DNA of 64,000 nt, taken from assembly GCA_036172245.1 (NCBI GenBank), contig JAYWIR010000005.1, positions 5,456,001 through 5,520,000 of the forward strand, written 5' to 3'. Positions 14,402-27,040 of this stretch are shown here, in pieces. The DNA is from Raillietiella orientalis. Its lineage: Eukaryota. The notes beneath the pieces were generated by a model, which ran no database searches, was not told where the DNA came from, and saw only the letters and a list, made by a program, of their open reading frames with translations. A program made the position numbers and the translations under genes. Position 1 is the stretch's first letter. Each line of letters opens with the position of its first letter.

Positions 14402-15667
14402 GTAAGCGCTTCCCCCCCGTGGGCTCGTGCGCGCGTATGGGATGAGAGTCTCCGCGCCACCCCCTTCCCAGTGGACCCCCCACCACCCCCAAGTGGTCTC
14501 CAGGACCGGACTGGGTGGGGGAGGGGGTGGAAAGGAAGGGACGGCCGTGGGTTTCCCTAGCGGGATGCCGGCAGCGGAATGAGGGAGAGGGGAGGGGGGA
14601 GGAGGAGAGACCCGCAAGCCCCACCCCACCCTTCCCGGCAATCGATTTGCAAGATGAACCTGGTCCGATGTGCCGAGCAGGAAGAAAGGAGGTGAAGGGA
14701 AGGAGAGGGCGCCCTTCCATCCCATTCACGATGACGACGAGGAGGGAAGGTTTCCCGGGTGGCTGGATGGAATGGGGAGGTTCTCTGCTGGTGAGATCAG
14801 CAGAGAACCAGAGTGAATGGGAGCTCACTGAGAGACGAGGAGGAAAAATCTCTCTGGGATGCTGCTGAGAAAGCGAAAGAATCGGAGATATGAGCAGATT
14901 GGGTTTCGGAAGGGGAGTCGTTGGGAGGAAGGTGGAGGAGTGCACCGTTCGTCGAAGAAGAGAAGCTGCCCTTCCCCTTTGGTGTGGTTGCCTATGAAGA
15001 TCTAGCATGAGCTTTTGGAGCGGGTTGGCTGCTGCCTGAGTTTCCATCTCCTTATCTCCCTCCTCTTCCTCCTCCCCGTTGTCGTCGTGCGCTCCCTCTG
15101 CAGACACCTCGCGCGGGAGTCTTTCGAAGAGAGGCGCAAAGAGGACAGCAGAGGAGTCGCGCTTCCTCGAAAGAGGCCAACGAACGGGAACTCGCTTTTC
15201 CACCTTCATCTGCCTCCTCCCCCTCCTCCTTTGCAGAGCCGCTCGCTGCGCCCCCTCGGACGCGTCCAGCCCGGGAAGCGTTCCGCGCAGGGGGGTCGCG
15301 CGCGCGATACAAAAGTGACGATTTTCCCCCTCGCCCTCCACCTCCCCTTCTCGTTGCTACCACCACCACGACTGCCGCTTCCACCACTGCCCCCCCTGCC
15401 GCGCCTTTTGGATCCTTGTCTCCCCTTCCAGCTCCTCTTCCCGCGCACGCCAGACATGACGCCTCAGGGGCGGGCAGGAAGCGCATGCGTAACCACGCGG
15501 CGTGTGAAAAATGCGGCTGACCTGCCGAGCTAGTCGGCTAGATCGGCAGAGACGGCAGCGGTGGAGGTGGCAAATGAGTGCTCCAGGGTAGGGAGGGGTG
15601 GTGCGCTGGTGGCAGTCGCCGCCGCGTGCTCTCTCCTGCTTCCATCTTCCGTTTTCTTCCAGACGCC

Positions 15668-16598
15668 ATGAGCCTCCTTTGGCTGTTCTCTTCGTGCGCC
15701 ATCATCGCAGCGGTTGGTGCCCAGAGATCCCTACTGCCTCCCGACCCCAACGAGTGTGCCACACGTGAGTTCTCTTCTTTTCCCGTCACTTTCGGGGGAA
15801 GAGCAGGAGCAGCCTTCGGGCTTACCGAGCGCTGAGGGAGGGTGAAAGAGCCGTCTCTTTCCGCCTTTCCCCCTCCCGGCCTCCTCCCCCTTCCCTCCCC
15901 TCCTCGACACCGAAACTCCCCATTCTCGTCCACTCCTCCTCCCTTTTTTCTCTACCCTCCTCCGACCCCCAGGCATCCTGCACGAGCGGGTCGGCAATCA
16001 CTACTACTTCTACAGCTGGAGGTACGGACCGAGCTCACAGCTGGAGGTCGACTGGTTGAACGCCAGGAACATCTGCAGGAAGCACTGCATGGACGCGGTT
16101 TCCCTAGAAACGGCCGAGGAAAATGCGCTCATCAAACAGAGACTGCAGCAAGGTACGAGCGCGCTTTCTCATCCCTCCACGCTCACTCCTCCTCCAGATC
16201 GCGTCCGCTACATCTGGACCAGCGGGAGGAAGTGCAACTTCGCCGGCTGCGAGCTCCGCCCGGAGCTGCAGCCTGCCGACGTCAAGGGATGGTTCTGGTC
16301 GGGAAGCAACATTGTGCTGCCGCCGTCCAACCTGAGACTGGCGCCCAACGACTGGAGTCACACGGGCGGCATCGGCCTTCCCCAGCCGGACAACCGGGAG
16401 GTGCGGGAGAATGGGAATGACGAGGCATGCCTGGCCGTGCTCAACAACTTCTACAACGACGGCATCAACTGGCACGACGTCGCCTGCCACCACCTGAAGC
16501 CGTTCGTCTGCGAGGACAGTGACGAACTCATCAAATACGCCAAGGAAAATGGCATCCTCGTCCGAGGCATCGACTTCGACATCGACAGCTTCAACTGA
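15668..16598 (+). CDS. Secreted C-type lectin (arthropod single-CTLD type; QPD and WHD motifs). Coding exons 15668-15764, 15973-16152, 16198-16598
   Basis: GT-AG introns join in frame: signal peptide MSLLWLFSSCAIIAAVGA, then RILHERVGNHYYFYSW..EVDWLNARNICRKHCMDAVSLET..YIWTSGRKCNFAGC..WFWSGS..WSHTGGIGLPQPDNRE..EACLAVLNNFYNDGINWHDVACHHLKPFVCED. AATAAA at 16850-16855. Confidence 0.93.
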
Positions 16599-19500
16599 GC
16601 TCCGGGGGCTGTGCTGACGGCAGCAGCAGCAGAGGCGGTGGCAGATCGCGACCGACAGCCGCCGCCACCATGACCATGACCACCACCACCCTTCATTACC
16701 ATCATCTTCCCGACCCCACCTGTCAGCCACTCTCTCGCGCTCACGCTCCGCTCCCCCGGATCCGCCTGCGCCGCCGACCACCACCGCCCTTTGGCCCTGC
16801 CGCCCAGGGATGCCGGGGAACTGCGGCGGAAACGACGACGACGGACGTCAATAAAGAGAGTCTTCCTTGCAGGAAAGAGCCACGGATGCTTTTCCCCTAC
16901 GCCCATTACCCCGAGTGAATCCGCTCCTTGGGATGATCCTCCCCTCTCCCGAGGGAAGCAAGGAAGGAGAGCGGAAAAACCGCACGAAGAGCTTCTTCCT
17001 CATCCAATACTCCAGGGCGGACAGACGCTACTGCTGCTGCTGCTGCTTTCGTGTCCGTCCGTCCCCAGAGAATGCCCTCCCTTCGCGGCAAGATCGAAGC
17101 TGCAGCTCCCCTTGCCACTGGGTCGGGAGGACCATCCTTTGGGCCAAGATGCAGTCACCCGGAGGTCTTCATGCAGTCTTCCGCCTGGATCACAAGAGAG
17201 GAAGGGCCGCAGGGGAGGACTAGGACTACCTCCCTTCTCCAAGCAGTAACTCCTACGGGAGGAGGGATGAATGACAGGCGAAGGGGGGGAAGGGGAAAGG
17301 GGAAGTCCAGGAAACGAGGCGAGTCTCCTCCTATTCCTCCTCTTCCTTCCTTCGCCTTGGAAGTGCTCGGTTCACATCGGTCTCTTCTCTGTTCCTTTTC
17401 AAGGCGGGGAAGGGGGCTGGAAAGAAAGGAAAACGCCTGGAGGGGGCCAGAGACGATCAACTGCCCGGGTGGGTCTCCGATCGCTCCCGCACTGGCCAGA
17501 GAAGGGAGCGAGGGACTCCGTCGCTCGAGGTTCAGGGTGGCAAGATCAGGAAGACAAGGAATTTCAAGGTTCCCTCCGCTCATTACCCCCGCCCTCTCCT
17601 TCATGCGCACCGCCCTTCGCTCCCGAGCCTACGCGGAATTCATCGCATCTCCCCCAAGAGGTCCAATGATTGTGAAGGTCTGGAAAGAGGTCCAATGCTC
17701 CTCCCCACTGCAGGGGATGCAAGATGGTGGGGTGGGTCTCGCGTCCTCTTCCCCCTCTGGCGAGAGGGAAAGGGGGAGCATTTGCCGGAAGGATCCAAGC
17801 GCCACCAGACACCCCTTCTCTCACCCCTAGGGCAGCCATCCCAGGAGTCTCAATGCAGGAAAGTGATCCCTCCTTCCTCCCCTTCCACAATCTCTCACTT
17901 CCCAGCCTATCTTTTATCAAAAAAAAAGAGGAGCTGAAAAGGTCGGTTTCCAGGGGCCTTCCGTTGCTTGAGGACCGCGGACCTCACCCTCGGGAGTTGC
18001 GGAAGCCCTTGCTAGAAGCTACCCCTTTGAGACACCCGCTTTTCTCGTCCAGCACCGCCATTCTCCCATGGGAGAAGGAAAGGGACAGCCATCTTTCCTC
18101 AGGGGTGGGCGGTTGCGACTCATTCGACCTGAATAAACGGCCATACCCGGAGTGGGGAGCTGTTGGTGGGGTCAGCCGGACTCCTTGGGCAGAGCGCTGT
18201 GCCTTCGATGGGGCTGGAGCTCCCGCAGATCGGTTTCTGCCCCTCTGGGAGATATGATGGGGCCTCTGTTCCTCCTTCCTGAGGAGAGAACGCTCCATCC
18301 TCTCTTCGAGATCTGCCCTGAGGACAGAAGGAGTCGCAGATCGCCCCCTACTCTCCTCTGCCGACGCACCAACCAGGGCTCTCTCGAATGCGGAGTCTCA
18401 TCCCAATTTGGGAGCTCGTCGTGGTCTAGGAGAGGTGAGATGGGAAGGTGACTCTTGAAAGCACATCCTTCGCGGGAGTGGAGCGACGTCGCCAAGCACT
18501 CGGGTGGATCCGAAGGGTGGCTGGACGAGAGCAGCCTTCAAGCCAGACTATGGGTTTGCACTGCTCACTGACCTCTCAGCATCCAGAGAGGCGTGCCAAC
18601 TGCTCTCGGTGTGGTGCGCGAGCGCGCATCTTCCATTCATCCGTGAGTGCACCAGCGCTATGCGCGCGGAGTCCGGGATGTCCTCCTCCTTCTCCCCCTA
18701 TCGGCACCCCTCAAGGCCACCCCTTGGGAAGCCACCGCCCCAGGGGCATCCAACCACGGAGGATGGATGCAGACTCACAAGGTCCTCTGCCCTTGGACTC
18801 CGCCCCGTCTTGGGAAGTGGGGAGGCAGCTTCCCGCGGGGAGGTGGGTCAGGTGCGGGACATACTCACGGGGAAGCCCTTCGCGACCCTCGAGCGGGAAG
18901 AGGCAGCAGCCGTGAGGCAGGAAGATGTTGCCACAGTGCCGAAGGCCTCTTTTCAAGGAGCTCACAGAGATTTCTCCCGGTCCTGTACCCGGAGGCAGGG
19001 TCCTCTCACGGAAAGGTCTGGAGGCGCCTGTCTGGCTGCGAGCACGCGACTCGGGATGCACTGGGGCGAAGTCCTGAGCTCCTGCCGCCGCGCGGGCGAA
19101 CTTCCCGGAGGATGATGCCCCTGCACAAGCCTGCATCGGGATGCTCGTTCCAGGATCCGCGTAGTGGGAGCATCTCTGGTTGCTCAGGAGGGGGCTGGAA
19201 ACTATTTCCCTGGCCTCCGTGCGGCCCTCTGCCTTGCCGCCTCGCTTTGATTGACGGAATCGGTCGGGGGAGAGGAATCGGGGTCGCTTGGTCGCAGGGA
19301 ACAGCGGGGAGGAGCATTCCGTCCTCTTCCCTTTTCGGGAGATCCAGGCAACAGTCTCTGAGCGGAGGCAGAGCCGGTGCTCGGAGGAGCGCCGCCAGGA
19401 GCAGCCGACCAAGAGCTCGCCTGTCCCTGGATCTGGGGGGAAAGCGCAGCGGATGCCCCGGTCGCGCGGCCCTATGCAACCAGTTTCGACTCGGAGTCCC

Positions 19501-19949
19501 TCCTCCCCCATTCCTGGAGTCCCGAATCTCCCGGAAACCACCTGATCCTCCTCCTCTGAAGAGCGTGGGTGGAAGCAGCAGCAGGAAAGCTCGGAAGAGC
19601 AAAGAGGCTGCGCAGCCGCCGAGGCAGGCTCGGGGATGCCCCTCGTGTTCTATAGAAATGCTCCAAGAATGGACGCTGGCCGTGGACTGCAGCTCCCTTT
19701 CCGTCACGCGTTCCCTCAGGGGGATCTGAGGTCAAGGGGGCAGGGGGGAGTGCTGTCTGCCACGGGCACGTCCTGAGCCTCCTCTCGGGGCAAACTGCCA
19801 CCTGCCGCCCAAACCGCTTCGAGGCACTCCCTATGAAGGAGAGTCCTCCTCCCTATCCCCTCAAGAGAAGGGAGACTCCGAGTTTCGGACAGGTGCTTCG
19901 CCCATCCCGGAGGAATGGGACCTCTACAGCTGTTGCTGACACCCTCTTT

Positions 19950-21150
19950 CACTGATGCTGATGCCGCCTCACTCTGGAGGCTGAAACCCCGAGGCTGTGT
20001 CGTCGCGCCAGCGTGCGATGGTCAGGCCCCTCGGCTGGTCCGGAAAGCGGGAAAAGAGGCCATCGTTTCCCCTTCTCTCAGTATCCATGGATTTCATTGC
20101 TTTATCAAGGATCCACACAACACTCAAATGCTGAACTACCTCCGGCCCATGTATCCATGGAATTCCTTCAGCTTATTCTTTTGGTTCGCTGAGCACTTCA
20201 AGAACCCTCGCGCCTCTGGAGACGGCTCACGCAGCTCTTTGAGGCTGTTCCACTCCAACCGAGGGTGTGTAATTCTTCAAGACGGGGGTACCCGGGAGGG
20301 GTACCCCCTATTCTTCCAGCGATTTGGACTTCTTCTGTCTCCGTAGAGGCAGGTACGCTGGACAGTCCCTGCAGGAGATCGTTTCCAACCCACGGAAAAT
20401 TCCGTGGGTTGGAAACGATCCCCCTTGCCCCCTTGCCATTTATCCCCCTTGCCCCCGTGCTACCCTCCTAAAGAACGCTAGAGACAGCCAGGAGGAGGCA
20501 CCATGGAAATTGTCCGGCCTCATTGAAGGCAGGAAGTTCCGTGCTCCCTCGGGAGGCGAATTGTCCGTCTACTTTGAGGCTGTTCCACGAGAGACCCTGC
20601 TCTGGAGGTCCCTTCGGCGCGCCGGAAGGAGGAGTGGCCCTGCCGACCCCTACCCCGCATCGTTGTCCGCACAGGACGAACTTCCGGGGCTTCCTGAAAA
20701 GGTTCCAGAGAGAGGGACGCCGGGTGCCCTCCGCAAGGCCCCTAGAGGAGGGTCCGGGCTGGGTCCCCGGGGAAAAGGGGGGGGAGAGGACTCGTTCCTG
20801 TCCGAGGATGGCCGTCCGGTCTCCAGGGGGATGACCACTGCGACCACCACGCCTCTCAGGAAACGCGGCCCGCCTCGAGGGTGCTGCTGCTCAGGGGCGC
20901 GGAGGATGCTGCAGAGAAGCCGCAAGAGGAACCGCCAGCAGCAAGCTTTCGGAGTCTTCCCCCTCACCCCCCCTCCTCCCTCCGCCTTCTTCACGCTCCC
21001 AGGCCCTTCCCACTGCGAGGGGCGGGGTCATGCGTTCGTCTGGGACATGGCGGCGGAAACGGGAGAGGGCCTTAACTGGATCGCAGGTCGCGAGGCTCCT
21101 GGAGGTTCTCGGGAAAAGGTCTATCCCCGGATCAGTTCCTCCCGCTGTGG
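19950..21150 (+). mobile_element. Degenerate non-LTR retrotransposon reverse-transcriptase remnant
   Basis: Ordered decayed RT motifs: GKEAIVSP (WKEAIIVP), LNYLRPM (NYRPISL), FHSNRGC (GFRPxRGC), YFEAVPRETLLWRSLRRAG (AFDSVPRxxLWxxLxxxG), GVFPLTP (QGxPLSP), HAFVWDMA (AFADDL). Confidence 0.5.
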
Positions 21151-24100
21151 CCGTTCCAGCAGCAAAGAAAACCGACGACAGACGGCAGCCGGGCTACAGA
21201 AAGACGGAAGAAGAGGCTACAGAACAGGTGGCGCTCCCCTCCTCCGATCGATCTCCATGGTTGCGAAGGGAACCCCATGAAGGAGTTGATCCTAAAGAGC
21301 ACCGCATCCGCTCATGGAGACGGTTCCCTCCGGTTCTCATGGGGATGGAGAGGATTCTTCGTGACGACCACTCCGGACGAATCCTCCCAAGGAGGACTCG
21401 CCCCATCCCCGTTCCGACAAGTTCGGTTACCTCGCGGGCGTGGGAGGAAGGGAAGCGTCCGTTGACCACCCCCTTGGTTGCCCTGACGACGACGTGCAAG
21501 AAGGCCGAGGCAACCCGTCGTCCTTCGAGGGATCCGCCCACTCGCCTGGACCGAGAAGCCCCTGCTCTCCGTTGATCTTCAGGAAATTCCCCATCGCTCG
21601 AGAATCCTCCCGTCCGGTACTGCCTCCATCCTGCGTAGAGAGAGCTTTCCTTTCCTCCTCCTCCTTTCCTGCGCATCAAAGGTACGAGGGAACCACAAGA
21701 GCCAGCTCCCCCCTCCCCCTCCTGCAAGTCTAGCGGCGGCCTGCAAATTCAAAAGCGAAAGGCGCGATGGCTCTCGGGTTGGCTGCTACCACTGCCACCT
21801 CGTGATCTTTCTGGGAAGGGGAGGCAAGGAGGGAGGGCGGTGATCACACGCATGCATTGAGTTGGGGGCGACCCGCGTGCTGATTCCTCCCACCGCCGGA
21901 GTCGCAGTGGGGAGAGGAGCAGCGGGGAGAAGAAGCAACACGCCGGAGGTGGCGGCGTGCCCCCCCCCCCGCTCCTCCCACAAGCACGCGCACGGCGGAG
22001 GCGGCCTCGAGCGCGCCCGGGCGGATGGGCGATTGCGGACTGCTCCGCGTGCCGGCACGGAATGGGGTCATCGCATCGGGCTGCGCGCGCACGAGCAGAG
22101 TTTCCCGTAGGCGGCAGCGGCTCCTCCAGCTGCTACAGCGTCCTCCCGCGCCCACCCGTCCGCCCACGCTTTCGTTTCTCCAGTGCACGACAGCCCCGCC
22201 CCCCTGCCTTCCTTTCGCGGGCTGCTTCGTTTTTCCGCTGCGACAGCCGCGTCGGAAAGACTCGGAAGGAAGACGGACAAGGAGAGGAGCAAGTGGCGAA
22301 CGCGTCACCATCTCTTCCTTACCCCCCTCCTCTCCTCCCACCTACCTCCCGTCTGTCTGTCTCTCTCTCTCACGCGCGCGCCACTCTCCTGGAAAGAGTG
22401 ACGAACGGAAAAGACTCGGCGGGAAGAGATCGTCGGTGTCCACTGCGAAGCGAGCGGAAATGGGGGGAGGAGGGGGTGTAGGGGGCTGCCTGCAAGGGAG
22501 ATCCATCCATCACGGAATCTTCTGCGTGCTCGGAGGGCTGCGGCTGCATGGCTCCACGCCACGTTGCCTAGCGGGGACGGCGTGCCGCGCAGAGACCTCC
22601 CCCCTCCCGTTCCTAAATGGGTCGCCGCCGCCGCCGCGGCACGAACCGGAGGCACGTACGTGACAGCGCGCGTGCGCGACGACCAGGACCACAGGCGCGC
22701 CCTCAGAGCCCCCGGCGGGCAGGAGGAGGAGGAAAAAGGAGGTTGCCCGGCGATGATACGGCCACCACTCGGCGGCGCGCGGGTCGAGCCGCGCAGTCGC
22801 GTTCTCCCTTCGGGGCCTCCCGAACAAGAACGGAGTCGCCGCCGCTGCCCGGAACGGCGTCTGCGCAGCTCGCGCGGGAAAGCACAGCGCCGCCTTCCCG
22901 GCCAAACCTTCGGGACGCGAGAGCCTCCGTCGCCGACGCGCTGCCCGAGTTGGTGTAGGATTCCCTGTTCTCGGCCTCGTGCCTCTGGGCATCGTTTCCG
23001 TCTGCGGAAAGAAAAAAAGAGAGGGGGGGGGGAAGAAGGGGGAGAAGCAGAAGAAGGTCAGAGAGGTCCCTGGAATCCTGGAGGCGACCGAGGGAGCGAA
23101 GGGGAGCGCTACGCGGACGGCGAGGTGGCAGTTGCGGTGGGCCAAACCTTTGAGGCGGGCAGGCGAGGTTCTTCGCACCTATTTTTTCCAGGGGTGCCGC
23201 CCTGTCCTGAGCTCTCCCTCCTTGCAGAGTTTCGCCACCCAGAAGGTGAGAATCCACGCTAGTTCCGCTCCTCCCATCCGCACAAGGGTGAGCGCGGCAC
23301 GTCCCCTGGTGACCTCCAGCGCATGCGGGGCGGTGGCTCCAAAGCTTCCGTGGGGAGCAGCTGGTCTCTCTCCCCACGGAAGAGGGGGGAACTCCTGCTG
23401 CATAGGCGTGCGGACCTGCCGGAGAATGGGGAACGGAGCCCCACGGAACGTCCGCCGCCCCGCACAAGTAGGAAGGCTGTTGAGAATAGGTTTCTAATGC
23501 TAGCGGGGGGGTGTTCCCTTATATTGTGACGGATTCTGGGGACGAGTGTTCGATTCTGAGATGCTGGGGTGACGGCAGGAACAGATGGGTGGGCAGATGA
23601 GGAAGATCCGTGCGACCTGTGACGGGAGAGGGTACAGGCGACCAGTTGGGATGTCTGACAGGTCTTCCTGAGGCAGCAAGCGCCAACAGAAACTGGAGAT
23701 CCCAGGGAGCGAACGAATCACAGAGATGGTCCTGCGGGCGCAGGATTTCCGGGCAGCCTGCACCTTGCACGACGCTGTGGAGCCCTCGTGAATCCTGGGC
23801 AAGACATCGAGCTTCTTAGGTGTCTGGGAGATCTCGTTCCTTCCTTGTTTCGTCTCACGAAAGATAACGGTGTTGCATCCGCAGGAGGATGGAAGGAGGG
23901 GCTACTTCCAAGGTCCCTTTGGAACTCCGGGAACTGCTTCCCTTACAAGTCGCGAATTTTCAGATCCCCTAAGGCGTGTGATTTCCTTGGGTTTCTTCCT
24001 CCTCGTTCAACAGCAGCCCTCCGTCCAATCCTTTCCTGAGCCAACATCCCGGTCGCGACTCCCGGCATCCATGGTAACGAGACTCCACTAACGTCTCTTC

Positions 24101-26859
24101 TTCCTCTGACCAATTGTCACCTTGGAACCCCGACTGTGCATTTGTTTTTGTTTTTTTGTGTCTGTGTATTTTGTCCTCGATGGGGGGCTTGAGGTAACCT
24201 ACCACGAGACCCTCCTGTATCTTCAAATGCACCCCTTTTGGTCAGCCGCTCAAACGGTCGATAAGTCCAGGGGATGTATCTTCGATGAAGACCGAGGACG
24301 GAGGACCACTTCCTTCTCCCGCAGAAACAGTGCCAGAAAAAAATCGGAAACTTTGGCAGTTTCAGCGTTCTCTTGGATTCCCAGTCGAGATCCCGGAAAT
24401 CCCCCCAAAAAACATGAGATTCGAGTCATCTCTGCACCGAAGAAGCTCACTCCAGGATGGACGCGGGATGGGCGCGCTTCCCTCTGCGACACCTCCCGTG
24501 CCTTGGCGAGAAATTCTTCAGTCTATGTTCTTCACAGCTCCAGCGGGGACCGCGACCCGAAATACGAACCGATGTCCATCAGGGTGGACTATCCGCTTCC
24601 TGACATCCCGGGCGCGCGCCTCGCAGGTATCCCCGTTCTCCCGGTGGGCACCGCCCTCTCCCCTGAGGAGGGTTCTTCTTCCCTCCGTTCCTTCCTCCCG
24701 ACGCATGTCCCACTCATTCCGAGTGAATCAGCCCGTCTGGCTGACTCCTGTCGGGGTCTTCATTTCCCGGATCGACGAAGCAGTGAGGCGTGCGGACGGG
24801 CAGCACATTGAATCTTCAGATCGGGAGCGCGCTGCTGGGTCACAACCCATCCGGTCGCGGCCCTGCTTTCAGATGGAGCCGTGGACGCCTCGGCCGAGAG
24901 CCGCCACACGGGGAATCCGTACCCTGAAAGAATCAGCGCTGCGATCTGTAAGTAGGTAGAGCGCGCGCGGTCTCGACGATTCGTCTGGTGCTATAAATAG
25001 CACCAGACAGCAATTCATGAGGCATTTTTCAGCGAAGAGAAAAGCATCCCGTCATTGCTAGGGCGCGCATCCCTTTCTTCAGCTGAACGCATTTCAACAC
25101 TCCCGTCATCGTGTGCCTGGTCCCTACGATTTGGTGCGCCTTGCGGCGTCAACCACTATCCCGCGAGCAGCTTTTCGTTCTAATCGGGACTCACTGCCCT
25201 CCGTCCAGTGGATGGAAGTAGAATTCCCTGCAGCCAGCCTTCTGTGCATTTTCTTGTGGCACCAGAGCCCTTGCTCCAGATTCCGGAACACACTTGGAAG
25301 ATAAATCGGGTACTGAAGAGGGGAACATTTGTTCTTCCCTTTTCAAGTCAGCGTCCACGTTCACAGGGGAATTCGCAGCCCTTCGGGAACACGCCTTGAG
25401 AATGTGTTGGGAATATTTCAATCCAAACGAGTCGGTGGTCCGGGGAAATCATTACACCATGACCTCGTGGGAGGGACATTACTGACTCGTAGTTCACGCA
25501 AACTTCGTCTTGAGCTGCATTTAGTTCAGCCAGGTGGGAGCGAGAAAGAAATAGGTCAAGAAAGAAAGAGGCGTTTCAAAATATTCATTCCGGTGTTTCT
25601 GATGTCGCACCTTACACAGAGAAACACCCGAAAGGAAGCATCTCAAGGAAGCACCCGAAAGTAAGCATCCCTCATCTCTCAAGGAAGCATCTTCGTGCCA
25701 TTCGTCGCAATAATCAGCATTCACCCAAAAAGGCTGGGTTGCTTTCGTGAGCTTGCGACCTTTGTGATCGGGGAATGGAGGTCAGAAGTCTGACTGCATA
25801 CTCAAGAGCAGTATGGATACAGTTCATGCATGCTTTAAATACCATGAATGCTGAAGACGTACACTGTCCCATCCCGAGCACCCTGTGAAGATCCCTTGCA
25901 ACATTTCGACTTTGAAATATCCAAAGGTGACTGCTAACGTCAAAAATTGAACCATCGACCGCCGCTTGCGCCTGCTCTGAGTGTAGGAAGAAGTGGGTGC
26001 TACCTTTTCTAAAAAAGACACATCCGAGGAAGTGGCTCGGTGGTTCGATCAGGTAGACAGGAAATATGGATGATCATTGCCAGTATGCAGCAATGCATCT
26101 TATCAGTGAATCTTTTTTGTTGGCGAAACCATGAGAAGACGAGGACTGTTTAGCTAGTAATGGCATTGTAGGTGAACAGCTTTTCGAATATGGCTCTGTC
26201 TATTTAAAAAAAAAAAAAAAAGAAGTCTGAATAGCGTCATGAGCCGATGACTGTTGGTCATCGAAGCGAATACTCCCCATGTTATCTGTAATGTAGAAGC
26301 TGTTCTTACAAGATTTTTTCCTTCTTCAACGGAAGCATGGATTGCGTGGAATTTACATCCTCCACTACCAGAATAGATGCAATTTTGAAATATAAAATTC
26401 TCTTGCACTAGGAAATAAATCCATGAAAATAAGCGAACATGGCGCTTGAAGAACCTCCATGTTTATGGTTTCTGAATCCGCCCTAGTGTTCGTTATGTAA
26501 ATTTGCGTGAATGGTGACCTAGATTCCTAAACTTTCTCGAAACGATCCCTTCGAAAGAGAATGCATTCTTCGTTTCAGAAAAGCTGAAACTTGTAAAATA
26601 AACTATTGCAATCAGAATCAGGCATCCGCCGATGCCACGACCCTTGAAGTCTGGTGACCATTCTCACAGAAATCGTCGTGCTTTTAAGGCTACAGGCACT
26701 CACTACCTATGAGTACAGTGTAATAGTAATGATGGATACCATTTTCCTGTCATGGGATCTCTAAATAGTATATTTACAAAATTCATCACCAAACTATGTT
26801 CTTTAAATGACATCATATGCTATTAACTGCTGCGAATCTGCTGTCACAAGAATTGCAAC

Positions 26860-27040
26860 AACGTTTATGAACGAATGTCCTATTTCTAAACGAAGAGACT
26901 CTTTGCTCATGGTAGAGGACATTCTACTTTTGAAGCAAGAAACTCCCTACAACACACAGCCTAGATATCTTGGAATAGTCTTGGCGACAAATCCCATATG
27001 GATGACGGATTGGAAAAACCGGGAGAAAGTTTTGGACCAG
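26860..27040 (+). mobile_element. Non-LTR RT fragment
   Basis: PRYLGIVLATNPIW resembles the RT motif KYLGVxLDxxLxW. Confidence 0.3.

Noticed and set aside
14202..23500. Many 150-380 aa overlapping ORFs in all six frames
   Set aside because: R/P/G/S-rich translations typical of GC-rich non-coding DNA. Only the lectin and the RT remnants show motifs.
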